Positions 25,373 through 36,802 of a DNA stretch of 64,000 bases are shown here, one piece after another (positions within the stretch are counted from its first letter, which is position 1; the number at the start of each line of letters is the position of its first letter). Location: NCBI RefSeq assembly GCF_048593235.1, contig NC_133622.1, positions 31,558,001 to 31,622,000 on the forward strand. The letters run 5' to 3'. The stretch comes from Sminthopsis crassicaudata (Eukaryota). A model generated the notes under the pieces. That model saw only the letters and a list, made by a program, of their open reading frames with translations, had not been told where the DNA came from and did not search any database. A program made the position numbers and the translations under genes.

Positions 25373-26478
25373 CCTTGAGCCATCTTGGTCTGGGTAATCA
25401 ACTAGTTCCAGATGCTCTACAACTCTTGGATGAAATTGTTTAGTCTTCGACAAAAGCTGGTGTATATTCCCATACAAGAGAAGCAAATTCCAGCCTTCTT
25501 TCATTGCACTAATTGTGTATAGTTATCTATACATAATTCTAATCTGAATTCCTGTACAGTCAAGGCCTTGGATCTTAATCAGTCCCTCTATATATCCCCC
25601 TTCTTCCTCCCAGTGAAGAGGCTTATCTAACTGATCTGAATCTTTCAACTTTGACCATCTTCAAGTTGGATAAGACCCAACTAAAGATTTATGGAAAGAC
25701 ATAGGCAATAATTGCACAGGATGTGAAGTCACATATGAAGGGTTGTGACCTTGTATAAGTTTCTACATAAATGAGATCATGGATATTTCTGAGTTTTCCT
25801 GACCATTTGACATGAATACCAGGACAACAGAGGGATATTGCTTTAGATAATTCATCTTCTTACCAACATAAGGCTATCTTTGATTTGATACCATGATTTT
25901 ATCTTTGAAAATTGGCCTTATGAATTGGCAATGGTAGCTTTTTCGTGTCCGTATGTTGAAGTAAGTTAAACTATTACGGATGTATTTGAAGTTCATTTTT
26001 AAGTCACTGGCAAAGCTCCAGTGTCAAAGAATTTTTTACCCATTGTTGACCGCCAGTTTTTACTTAATAACTGCTCACATAATTAGGCATTGCCCAACAC
26101 TATTCCTAGCATCTCTCTTGACTTTTTGCAAAGTGCAACTATTTAAAGTGAAAACTAAACAAAAAAGCAAAAACGTATCCCTTTCTCTACTTCATAGACT
26201 ATATACTTTAAATGGAAATTGACTGTTTTTCATTTGTTCTTCAAGTTCTACTTAACAATCCTGGTCTTAGTATAACCTAAACTTTCTCTTCAAGTTGTGG
26301 ACTTTCGGATTTATTCTCTGTCCCTGGACATCCCAGGTTGTTTTTACTTTTTCTTACAGAACTCTTGCACCTCTTTGCAACAGCAATGCCAATCACTCAA
26401 GTGGAAAAGAAAATCAACATTGTACTTTTTCATTCAAAATAACTTTTTTTGCCCTTTTTACTATGAAACATTAGCTCT

Positions 26479-26632
26479 AGGGGCAGCTAGGTGGTGCAGT
26501 GGATAGAGGACCAGCCTTGAATTCAGGAGGACCCGAGTTCAAATCTGGTCTCAGATACTTAATACTTCCTAGCTGTGTGACCCTGGGCAAGTCACTTAAC
26601 CCCAGCCTCAGGAAAAAAAAAAAAAAAAGAAA
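26479..26632 (+). mobile_element. Young WSINE1-like SINE with poly(A) tail and 14-bp TSD
   Basis: GAAACATTAGCTCT at 26465-26478 and 26633-26646; A and B boxes (TGGTGCAGTGG, GAGTTCAAATC) present. Confidence 0.92.
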
Positions 26633-27725
26633 GAAACATTAGCTCTGTGAAGGCAAAGAAGTTATTTTAAACCAGTTTCCCAAAGCAGTTGCAAAAATTG
26701 GTAATACAATGAATGGTTGATTAAGAGTTCAGGTATTTTAGGTTCTTTCCCCCCCCCTTTTCTAGTCACCTTTCTGCTTTTTTAAATTTCCTCTTTCTAT
26801 TGTGTTGTGGAATGGCATATTGCACAATGTAGAAAAACCCGTTTCATTTTAATTTGGATCAGTCAGCTTTATGAATAGTTACCCAGATTTAAAAGGGTCC
26901 CAAAGAGAGCCCTCTCTCAGAAAAGAATTCTACCATCAATCATTATAGCTCTGTTTTTTAGTTCATTATTTTTAGTTTTCTTTCAAAAGAGAAATATCCT
27001 GAAGGGAAAAGCATGGCATTATACCCCAAAGGACAATTATCAGATAACAATTGATCAGGGATCTGTTTGCTAATGCAAAGTTGAAAGCAGATTGGGGCAC
27101 TGGGTACTTGCTGGAGGATGTGGAGGTGCCACAGAGTAGATACTATATACTATAAACAAAAGACACAATAAGCACTAAACACAACTTTTGCCACATTTTG
27201 AGTGTGCCACCAGAATACTGTTTTATTGTTTATTCTCTATCACCAAACTGGCCTCTTTGTCCTAGCATCCTACCATGATTGATTGATTCAATAGATGATC
27301 AGCCCCTGAGCCAAAAGGAGCTTCATTTGATTTAAAAATGGCTAAGTCAGAAATGAGAACCTTCATGACTAGACTGTAGTTCTCAAGAGTCAGGAAAATC
27401 TAGGCTCAAGTCCAGCCTTTGACACATATTTGTGTGATCCTGTGTCAACCATTTGGAACCTTTGGGAAACTCCTTAAGTTATAAATTACAGACGACTTGT
27501 TCATCAGAATGGATGAGCAGAATTTCCTCATTGGAGTTCCTCATAGCATAGAAATCACGGGACATGAGAAAAACTAGGAATGTCATTTGACTAGTAAGAG
27601 GACTGTGCTTCTGTTTAATGGAAGAAAGGCAATCCCACATTTGGAGCCATTTAGAACACCCCAGAGGACAGAGTCAAGATTAGCCAGGTGTTAAAATGCA
27701 GAGGAGCTGAATAAGTGACTGGCTT

Positions 27726-27728
<3 letters not shown>

Positions 27729-27792
<64 letters not shown>
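27729..27792. repeat. (AC)32 microsatellite
   Basis: Read directly; ends about 165 nt upstream of the first six-exon-block acceptor. Confidence 0.97.
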
Positions 27793-27794
<2 letters not shown>

Positions 27795-27956
27795 TCAGAA
27801 GTCATGCTTTCTGCTCTCCCATCCCTGATTCAAATAACACACAGAGTTCTGTCTGAACTGAGAGTGTTGGGAATGTTTTTAACTAACAGCAGTCTTGAGG
27901 GGGAGGTGTTGCCTTTCTGAGCACATGTGGAATTCCGTTTAATTTTGCTCCATTAG

Positions 27957-28249
27957 TCAAAAGCAAATAAGTGAAGAGAAAGAAACTGTTCCCGACATTA
28001 TCCTTCGAAAGGAGAATCTTTTCTGAAATGTCAACCCGGTCATGAATCGGAGCCAGAAAATGGCATTGAATGCAGACTTCCCGATCTCGAGAAGGATGAC
28101 TATGCTGCTCGAAGAGCAAGAATGAACCAGCCTAAAGCAACAGTCCCATTTAATCAGTTGCTGTTTGGACCTTATATAAAAAAAGAATGTGATGGTGGGA
28201 AACAGTCCTTAAAAGGAGCATCACCGAAGAAAAATCCAGGATCCTCCAG
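27957..28249 (+). CDS. LIMCH1: LIMCH1 cassette exon (first of six-exon block); 1-nt deletion frameshift near 28017-28022
   Basis: cattAG acceptor, AG|GTGTGC donor; SQKQISEEKETVPDIILRKEN in one frame, then LKCQPGHESEPENGIECRLPDLEKDDYAARRARMNQ in another; 293 nt rather than 294. Confidence 0.85.
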
Positions 28250-30440
28250 GTGTGCATTCTTACATGTGCCTTCTTCTGTGAAAATATTTGTACAAAGATA
28301 TTATTATTATTAATCTCGATTGGCTTCCATTTGTTTCAAATACTCTAGGAGAATCTAGACCCATGAAGCTATTAGGGAAGAGAAGCCAGGAAAATATCCT
28401 GTTCATTCAAAGGCATAATTCTACCTTGCCAATTGCCTTTTAGTGTTATGAGAGGAGCTTGGTTCCATCTAGGGCAGGGCTGGAAATCCACATTACTTGT
28501 CTCCCAAAAGAGGAATCCCAATCATTATAAGATAAAGACATCAGCAAACCTGCTTGGATGCAGGTGCACAAACACAAGCATATCTAGTACTCCTCTGGTG
28601 CACTTCCCCAACACGAGCTCTGCTGCTATGGTTGTTTTCCAGGGCATCATCCCGCCTAGCTAGAAGTGCAGGGGCCATGGTTACAATTCATGGAGGATCC
28701 TCTTTGCTCTTCTTAATTTCTTTCAGCTGTTTGTGGGGAAAGATGTGGAGCTTATTTTAAATTACCAGGCCATAGGCATTTTCTGGACTGCCTATTTCCT
28801 GGTGAAATAATTTTCTTTAAAATACAAACTGACATTATAAATTAAATTCCTTTCTTTAGTTTTTCTTCCGTGCTGTTTTCCTGAGATGGAGAAAGAAGTC
28901 TTGGGGTATAGGAGAATCTAATAAAGGATAGACAGTTTGTTCTTTGGAACTTTTAATTGGACCTGAATACACCAACTGGAATTTTTAAGAAACAAATAAA
29001 GACAATAGAACCTAATTCAATGCTTAGTGAACCTGGCCATCCCATTACGGGCAGGATTTATGGTTTATTTGTTGTGTTCTGTCTTGAGGCCTTCCTAACC
29101 CTTTGAGAATTGTTGACAGTGATACGAAACTCATTTTACATTCAAGGAATCAGTTAGTCCCTAGTCATCTTGAGAAAAGGGTCAGCATATTGAATTAGGG
29201 GAGAAAAGATTTTTCTATTTTCTTCCCCCTTTCTCCACATAGTTTCCATTCCATTCCATATATTTATAACTTTTATTGTCTGTTAACTATCACAATGAAT
29301 CTGCATTTCTAAAGAACAACAAAGAAAGGGGAGAGGTTTAGGAATGGAGAAAATGCTGTTTGTTATTCTGTGTCATGATTTCCCTCTTTCACCCAGTGAA
29401 GATTAATAAAAATGATATTGTTTTCTTGGACCAGACAATAAATTTAGTAGTTCCAAATCATCTTGAAGATGTACATATATGTAGACATTACATGTATGTG
29501 TTTGTATGTGTGGGAATATATACACACATGTAGAAGCTTTTCTTTCTTAAGAAACATAATAGTAAAACTTTTCAGGCATATTTTACTGGTACTTTCTTGT
29601 CATAGGACTAGAATAAGTGTGTTTATATGTGTGTGTGACTTAAGTGCAGACTCTAGCTATTATTAGTATTAACTAGATTACATCTAATTTAGGAATAACA
29701 GTTTAAAATTTATAATTGCTATCAATTTTATATTCAAGCCAGCTTACATTAATTAACATGTAAATTAATACCTCTGTAAGCCCAACTAATGGAAAAAATT
29801 CTATTCTACTTATTCTCCTGGAAATTTAACATTGGCCAACTTGGCAAATGTTAACATCCACCAAAGATATAACTTTGTACAGGAGATAACAGTGCTCTCG
29901 TTATCTTTTTAGACACATTTACTATTAGGGATAGATAAAATGTATTTTCTGGCCATGGTGGACTTAGGTGAAATGCTTATCATGTGAATAATGTCCTAGT
30001 TATCTCCAAACTAATCCTCGAATTTGGATCATGTGGAGCTTGTAACAAACATTTTACTGGTATTATAAAAGACATTCCAGAGCTCTAAGGGATTCAATCA
30101 GAAAACCTGAATTCATTAAAGTAACTTGAATAGTGTGGGAATTGGACATCATTAATGTCAAACAAACCTCATTACCATTCTTAATAGTCTTTCAGTGAGT
30201 TCAGGCTTATTTGCCTAAGCTAAGTCAGAACCTATCTCCTTGTAGAGAAGCATGAGAAGGGCAGCAGCATAAATGAAAGAAATCTCAGCTTCAGGGGATC
30301 CTATATTTTAGAGAAAGAGGGAAGTGATTTTCTCTCATTTCACTCTGTGCTTACTTTCTGACTTTCTGTGACTGACATTTCTTGCTCCATTTCTCACGAA
30401 CAATTTTCCCGGGGACATGGGGGCCGTGTTAACTTGGCAG

Positions 30441-30695
30441 AAATCTAGTGCAAAGGGAAGAAGTGAAGAAAATTGTGGCTCACAAAGAAAACCTGCAGCA
30501 GCCTCCAGAGGATGCATGTGCAACAGAAGAACCCAGGAAAGCTCCTGACATCCAGAAGGATGACCTGGCTAAGCGGAAGATTCAGAGTAGTAACGTCTCC
30601 TCACACAGGGAGGCGATGAGTTTTGTGAAGATTTCAAGCATAACAGAAGCAGACTTGGAGACATGGGATAGATTAAAAGTGTCAGGAAAAACAAG
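30441..30695 (+). CDS. LIMCH1: LIMCH1 cassette exon RNLVQREEVKK...PDIQKDDLAKRK...ITEADLETWDRLKVSGKT
   Basis: ttggcAG acceptor, AG|GTGTGT donor; 255 nt, phase 2-2, open. Confidence 0.88.
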
Positions 30696-31317
30696 GTGTG
30701 TTACGTTTCCCTCTGCAACTCCCTCTTGGTGATAATTATTTAATTTTGAGGGAATAAAAAAAAAAAAACGGGGAAAGGCTTAAACTTGTATTATATGTTT
30801 AATAACCTGAAAAATTCAAGTTTAAGGCAAATTTAAGGCGAAACAATGTGTTCTTGGTAATTTGAAGTGTAGGAAAGCTACATACATGCTCAGAATCTTG
30901 TTTGGTTCTCCATCAGGGGTCCTTGTTCTTTCTGCCTTATTAGGATTTGTGTTCTAATCATTCTGTTGTTTCTTTTTACTCAATTTGTTTGGGGTATGTT
31001 TTTGATATTGAGTATCAACTTTGAAAAACAATAGATAACTACATAACTATATAGATGACTCCATAATTATATAGTTTTTATATAAAGCTATAACTATCAG
31101 TATATAATACATATACATACATATATGGATATATAACTATGAATAACTATTCATAGCTGTTTGGAAAGATAGGAAAAACAATAAACACTTGAATAAGTAG
31201 GAAGAAGTGTTTTCCTTAAAATATAAAAAATATATTTTATGGCAGTGATTTTTTTAACCTTAAGCTTTTGCTCCTATTCTAAACTTTCCTTTGGAATTTA
31301 TTTCCAACTTTAATCAG

Positions 31318-31644
31318 TGATGAAGATCCAGAGCACAACTGTAACCCAACCCCCTCACCTGAAATCCAAGCAGAAACTGCAATTCGGGATGACTTTGCAA
31401 GCCGCAAAGCCAGGGCCTACCAAAAAACTTCCAGCCCCAAGCAAAAGTTTGTGCACTTTGGACCAGTGACAGAGATAGATCAGCAGAAATGGAGGAAACT
31501 TAGTATTGGCAAGGTTGACCCCAAAGAGGAAGTGGAAGAGATTCATAGAGATGATAAGATGCCTGTTGGTCGTGTGGCCCCTGATCCTGCGGCTCCTCAC
31601 AGCTTAGAGGATGACAGATTCCCTCATCTACAGAATGATTCCAG
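31318..31644 (+). CDS. LIMCH1: LIMCH1 cassette exon DEDPEHN...IRDDFASRKAR...FVHFGPVTEIDQQKWRKLSIGK...QNDS
   Basis: tttaatcAG acceptor, AG|GTATTC donor; 327 nt, phase 2-2, open. Confidence 0.9.
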
Positions 31645-32974
31645 GTATTCTGGACTGTGCATGTGAAATAGGATTGGCAATCTCATCTATTAACTTTGTA
31701 GGGAGTGGAGGAATCCAATTTTGAAAAATTAGCAGATTATGGAATATTGCAAAAGAAAAGTTACAATATCACACCCAATGGAAGTATTTGTGGAAGTTTC
31801 GATTTCAATATCACATCTTGATATCCTAGTCAATAAAATTACCAGTTTCACACTAAGCATTTCTTTTGGCCAAGAATTTTGGCAAGAGTTCTTTATTTTT
31901 TTTTTCTTTTGATCCCTGATCTTGGTTTTAATTCATTGAACTTTCTACATAATCTCTTTTCATTTTTTTTTTCCTTTTGGAGGATTGATGATGAAATAAA
32001 GTAGCTAGTCTTCCTCAATCAGTAAAACCTCTTAGAGGAAAAATGCAGATGTTGTCAGCGATTCAAAGTTCAAATTCTGGGCCTCCAATCCTTACCTCAT
32101 ATCCAAAAAGAAAAATAAAAAAGTTCAATTTTATTGTCTTAGATTGGAAAGCAAATAGATCTCCACTGGAGGTGGGAATCTTCTTAGAAGCATCTTGCAG
32201 CTTACATGTTTGCATGAATGGCCATGGTTTTGACAGCAACCTGATATAGGATGATATAGTTTGCCACAGGCCTTGGAATCACATATTTTGGTTCTTAAGT
32301 CTGCTAGCAAGGATCTCGGTTGTGCTTTCACTGGACTCTTTCTGGAGGAAAGGACTATTATGGAGATAATCCCTCTTGCAGAAAGGAAGGTTTAGTGGAA
32401 ACTCTAGTTAACCCAAACAATCCACCAAGCAATAGGAACAGAATGAAAATGTTCATTGACTTCAAGAAGGCTTCTTTTGCACTTGAATTCATAGTGTAAA
32501 GACAGAAGGAGAGTGGAAATTCTGCAGGTTTTCATGCTTCCCCTCATTTCCTTTGAAGGCTAGTTGCATACACATAGCTTGGGTTTATTTATTTATTTAT
32601 TGGAGTTTAAGGATCCCCATTGATAGGTAAGGGTGTAGAGATCACAGAGACCTATTCAGCCTCATAATTATAACACCAAGATTCCTATTACTTAAGCATT
32701 AATATGGCATCTGTGTTTTATTTGTATGTCCTATCTAAGTCCCCCTGCTAATCTTTATATACTTACATCTAAACTTATTCTTTATGTCATCACTACTAGA
32801 AACACTTCTAGCAAATTTCTGGGTACTAATCAGCAGTAATTTACAGACCTAGAAATGAGAAAATGATCCTTCTCCATTTGTTAATCGGCTCCCTTCAGCC
32901 TTCCTGCTGCTCCCACATTTTCCAAATTTCCCCCCCTCCTTTCTTCCTTTGCACCATCAATACTTTACTGCCAG

Positions 32975-33081
32975 CAAACCAGCAGATTCCAGCTTAGATG
33001 AATATTGCAAAGAGAGCCCTGCCTCTGCAGCCCTGGGTGAGGTTCAGGAGCAGAAGGACCGTCTGGGAAACAGCGAAGAAG
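32975..33081 (+). CDS. LIMCH1: LIMCH1 cassette exon KPADSSLDEYCKESPASAALGEVQEQKDRLGNSEE
   Basis: Long pyrimidine tract then ctgccAG, G|GTGAGA donor; 107 nt, phase 2-1. Confidence 0.72.
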
Positions 33082-33194
33082 GTGAGATGTGAGATGTGGA
33101 GCCAGCTTTCAAGGAAGATTAACCCTTAGCAGCGGGGCGGGTGCTTCCAGGATGCATGTTGCCTCAGTAACAAAGCTGTGCTCTCTGGCTTCAG

Positions 33195-33300
33195 CCACAT
33201 GCAACCAGCTGCCACTGTATGACCAAAAAGAGGATATTCTTACCAGAGGAGATTTCGAGACAGAGCGGAAGAATGGAAGATGTGGGAGCCAACGACAACT
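33195..33300 (+). CDS. LIMCH1: LIMCH1 cassette exon ATCNQLPLYDQKEDILTRGDFETERKNGRCGSQRQL
   Basis: ctctctggcttcAG acceptor, CT|GTGAGC donor; 106 nt, phase 1-2; with the previous exon totals 213 nt and restores frame; junction EE-ATCNQLP resembles remembered human EE-VTSKQLP. Confidence 0.68.
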
Positions 33301-33817
33301 GTGAGCAGCTTGCCTGCATTTCGTATTGGGCTGTTTCATGCTGTATGGCCATTCTTTCCAGCTTGAGAGATTTGTGCTACGATTAATTATTTAACCCGGA
33401 GTAGAGTTAGAGGAATTTATCCATATGGATCACAATTCTGCTTCTGGATTTCCTGTGACAATAAGGATGGATAGAGGCTTCAGGATTTGGACAGTTTTGT
33501 TTGTTTCTCATATTTGCATGTGTTGGTTTTGTGTGTGGTGAATCTTTATTCTTAAAAAGACTTTTTATCCCTGGGATTATGAAAACCTTCATTGGAAATG
33601 AGCCGCCATGTAAGTACCAGTTACACTAACTAGTGCCTTGCCAAAAGCGTAATGAAAGTTTGTGCTGTTAAAATAGTAGTTCCTTAGTCATCTGTCGTAC
33701 GTGCTTCTGACGCTGCTGTGGACATTAGCTCTGGTCTTGCTCCTGGGGAGCAGTGCTTCTGAAAATAGCCTTGGCAATAACCCACCCGAGTGACTAGCCC
33801 ACTCAATGTTCTCCTAG

Positions 33818-34072
33818 AGCAAACTCTGTTGCCCCCATGAATGGGGCAGGAAAGAGTCTTGGGAAGACGATAACTCATGACGTCCCGCTTGGCAGTGGAG
33901 CCCGGGGGCAAAGGAAAATGCCTGACCCTCAGAAAGATGACATGATGGCTAGAAGAACGGGAGCGTTCCTTAAGCACGCTGTATCCAAGTCGAACCAGTT
34001 CCTCCCAGTGCCATTTGCAAAGCAACAGGACGGGGAGGAATCTCCCAAAGGACTTCCAAAGAAAGTGGAGAG
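33818..34072 (+). CDS. LIMCH1: LIMCH1 cassette exon ANSVAPMNG...MPDPQKDDMMARRTG...NQFLPVPFAKQQD...KVE
   Basis: ttctcctAG acceptor, AG|GTCAGA donor; 255 nt, phase 2-2; joins 37754 to give ER-YGPR. Confidence 0.88.
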
Positions 34073-36480
34073 GTCAGAAGCTTGTGCTGTGCCATTGCCA
34101 TTGTGTTCCCAAGATGGATTGCTTGATAAATGCTTGTTGAGTTGGATTTCTTAGTAGCTCCGTTGTTGCTCATTATTGAAAGACCAGAATTGATTGGATC
34201 TGCTGGAGTTGAAGTAATAATTTCTAGTGTTAAGATGTCCAAAAAGTAGCTAAGGTCCTTATACCATTCTATCTAAACTTTTAATAGTTATTTTTTTATT
34301 TTTTTAAATTTCACTTATTTTTATTCTCTGACTTCATTCCTATTTATTTTCCTTTTTTTTTTTTTGAATTTTCAATAGAATGGGATCACTAACTACTAAC
34401 TGGAAAAATTGAATTTGAATGTATCATACATTGTCTTACATTAGGAGCTTCCAACTTCCAGCGGGTAAAGGAGGTGAGCTCTGAGATGGATGCCCCAAGA
34501 GGCAAATCAGCCTATTTGTATTGATTATTCTCTTTCAAACAATATTATTAAGTGCTTACTATCTATGAGAATCCATGATGATTTGATTTTGGGTACAGGA
34601 GAATGAATGAAAAAAGATCCTTTCCCAGAGGTGCATGTTTTGCTTGAAATTGTGATCAACCAGACTCTATATTGATTGCCAATCTAAGTGAAAGTAATCA
34701 GTTAACCATCTGTTTAACCTGGTCAGCACAGGGAAGAAGCACTCATTCTGCCTAATCATATGTTAGAACAATATTGGTTTGATAAATTGAAAGCACTGGC
34801 CAGGAAGATGGAATTTTTGGAGGGAAAGGACTCTTTCCAAATGTTACCAGTTTCTATGCCAGATAATTCATCCCCAGTTCAACAATTCCTCCTGAATAAT
34901 AATGGATTCATGCGCTCCCTTGTGTTATAAAATATAGGATAAAATTCATTTGGGGCTTTTTACTTTTTCAAAATACACATCTCATTTTACCCTATAAGCT
35001 TCTCACAAGAAAAGTAAATATTCCTATCTTTATTTTACAGAGGAGACATAGAGAATTTGTGAAACTAGGTCACACATGTAGTTGATAACAGACCTGGGCT
35101 TTTTACAATTCTTTTACATAAAGTAACTAAGACATAGCATGATCATTCATCCTTGATCCACTTGAAAACAAGTCCATGTAAAGTGAAATATTGAGAAAGT
35201 TCAATTTGATGAGGAAATGTGGAATTTCAGATTTCAGTTGAAAGTTCATAGCTCTATGAGTGAATTAGAAGGGAAATCCCAATTTTCTAAAAACAGCATA
35301 TAAATCTAATAAATTTACGATAAGTAGAGATGATTTGATTTTGGGAACAGGAAGAGGAATGAAAAAAGATCCTCTCCCAGAAGTGCATGTTTTGCTTGAA
35401 ATTGTGATTATATAGCATAATTCTAAGATTATACATTGTACTTGAGAGTTTTCTTATCAGGGATGCTTTAACTTCTTGATTCAGAGCTTAAATATAGGTA
35501 TCAAAAATAACGATTTTCAAAGACTTTGAAAGTGCTGAAATGTTATAGAAATGCAATATATGCCACATTTTAACTAGATTATGTTAAATTCACTTTCCTA
35601 AATATTAGTCTTCATTAAAATATTATAGAGTTTTTTCTTTTCATTTCCCATCAATGTTTCCTTTTCAGTTTCCTTTTGACATCACCCAATTATATAAAAT
35701 TGAGTTCTTTGCTGATAATTTGCATTATTCTATTTTCTCTTCTTTTGAATGTATCCAGTAGGATCAGCAAGAAAGACCTTTGAAATCAAAGCACTAATTA
35801 ACTTTCCTTCACCCTCAAGAGCAGCTCTGTGTTAAGTTGATGCCTTATTTTAGTCTAAAGCGTAAAATATTCTTTATTATTAGTTTGTTATATGTTATAG
35901 GGGAGTCATGAGGACAGAATGGCAAATCTAGACAGTTGTCAAGCCTTTGTAGGTCTTTACAGGGTGATTCTATTCATTTGAAATAAGGTAAATTCCCCAA
36001 ACATTCATGATAAAATTTAAGTACAAAAAAAGATATACCAGGATGTAAATTATTTCAGGCTTATAGGTTATTTAGAATTCTTTGTTCTTATGCTCTTTAT
36101 CATCATCATGGATAGTCAAGAAAACACTGTTTTGTATCTACTCTTCTTAATTTATTGTCAACTTAGATCCATTACAACTCCAGCAGGCCTGTGGATAAAT
36201 CAAGTAAATGTCCAACCAGTCACTGGCTATCTTTCCTCCGAATACACAAGTGCTCATAGATTCTCATTGGAATGTTAAGCCTATTGTAATTTGATAATCA
36301 TTTTGAAAATTGGGTTCTATTTGTCTGAATCTGAGAGAAACGGCAGTCTTATTTCCAAACTGATGAACGCTCGCTTACCAATTTGAAAACAACTAACTTA
36401 GCCAGCCTCCATCTTGCTTTGTCTCAATTCAATCTTGCTGTTTGTTGTATTTGTGTACTTGTCATCACCATGAATAATAG

Positions 36481-36495
36481 CCGTTGCAGGGGAAG
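36481..36495 (+). CDS. LIMCH1: Candidate 15-nt microexon (or 6-nt form 36490-36495)
   Basis: About 75-nt AG-free U/UGC-rich tract, aatAG|CCGTTGCAGGGGAAG|GTATGT; phase 2-2 and no stop (adds SRCRG); ACTAAC at 36392. Confidence 0.5.
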
Positions 36496-36802
36496 GTATG
36501 TTGCCACAATTAAAACATTGTGTGTTTTTTTTGTGTGCTTCTTTGAGGAATTATGGGAAAGAAATCCATAGAAATTGCCTCTCTTTTTATGTATTATTTT
36601 AACACTAAAGGTCAGCCAGTGTTTTTAGTTTTTTTTCCTCAATTTAGTTTATTAGAAACCAAAGAAAGGGTATTTTCTATTGCCTAAAGAATTCCCTATC
36701 TATCTATATAAGGCAGAGATAGTATCTTGCTTAAATGTTGACTATTTTTATGGGCCTTTCCTAAGGAGAGATGTGCATTCATTCATTCATTTATTTACTT
36801 GA

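Noticed and set aside
26480-26560. tRNA gene
   Set aside because: A and B boxes belong to a tRNA-derived SINE head; no cloverleaf
28444-28563. Possible extra 120-nt phase 2-2 exon (VMRGAWFHLGQGW...)
   Set aside because: Open and phase-compatible, but the donor GTGCAC is poor and the peptide matches nothing I recall in long LIMCH1 isoforms
34575-34660. C/D box snoRNA (ATGATGA at 34575; similar at 1685)
   Set aside because: No properly placed CTGA D box or terminal stem, and the second repeat copy lacks the C box
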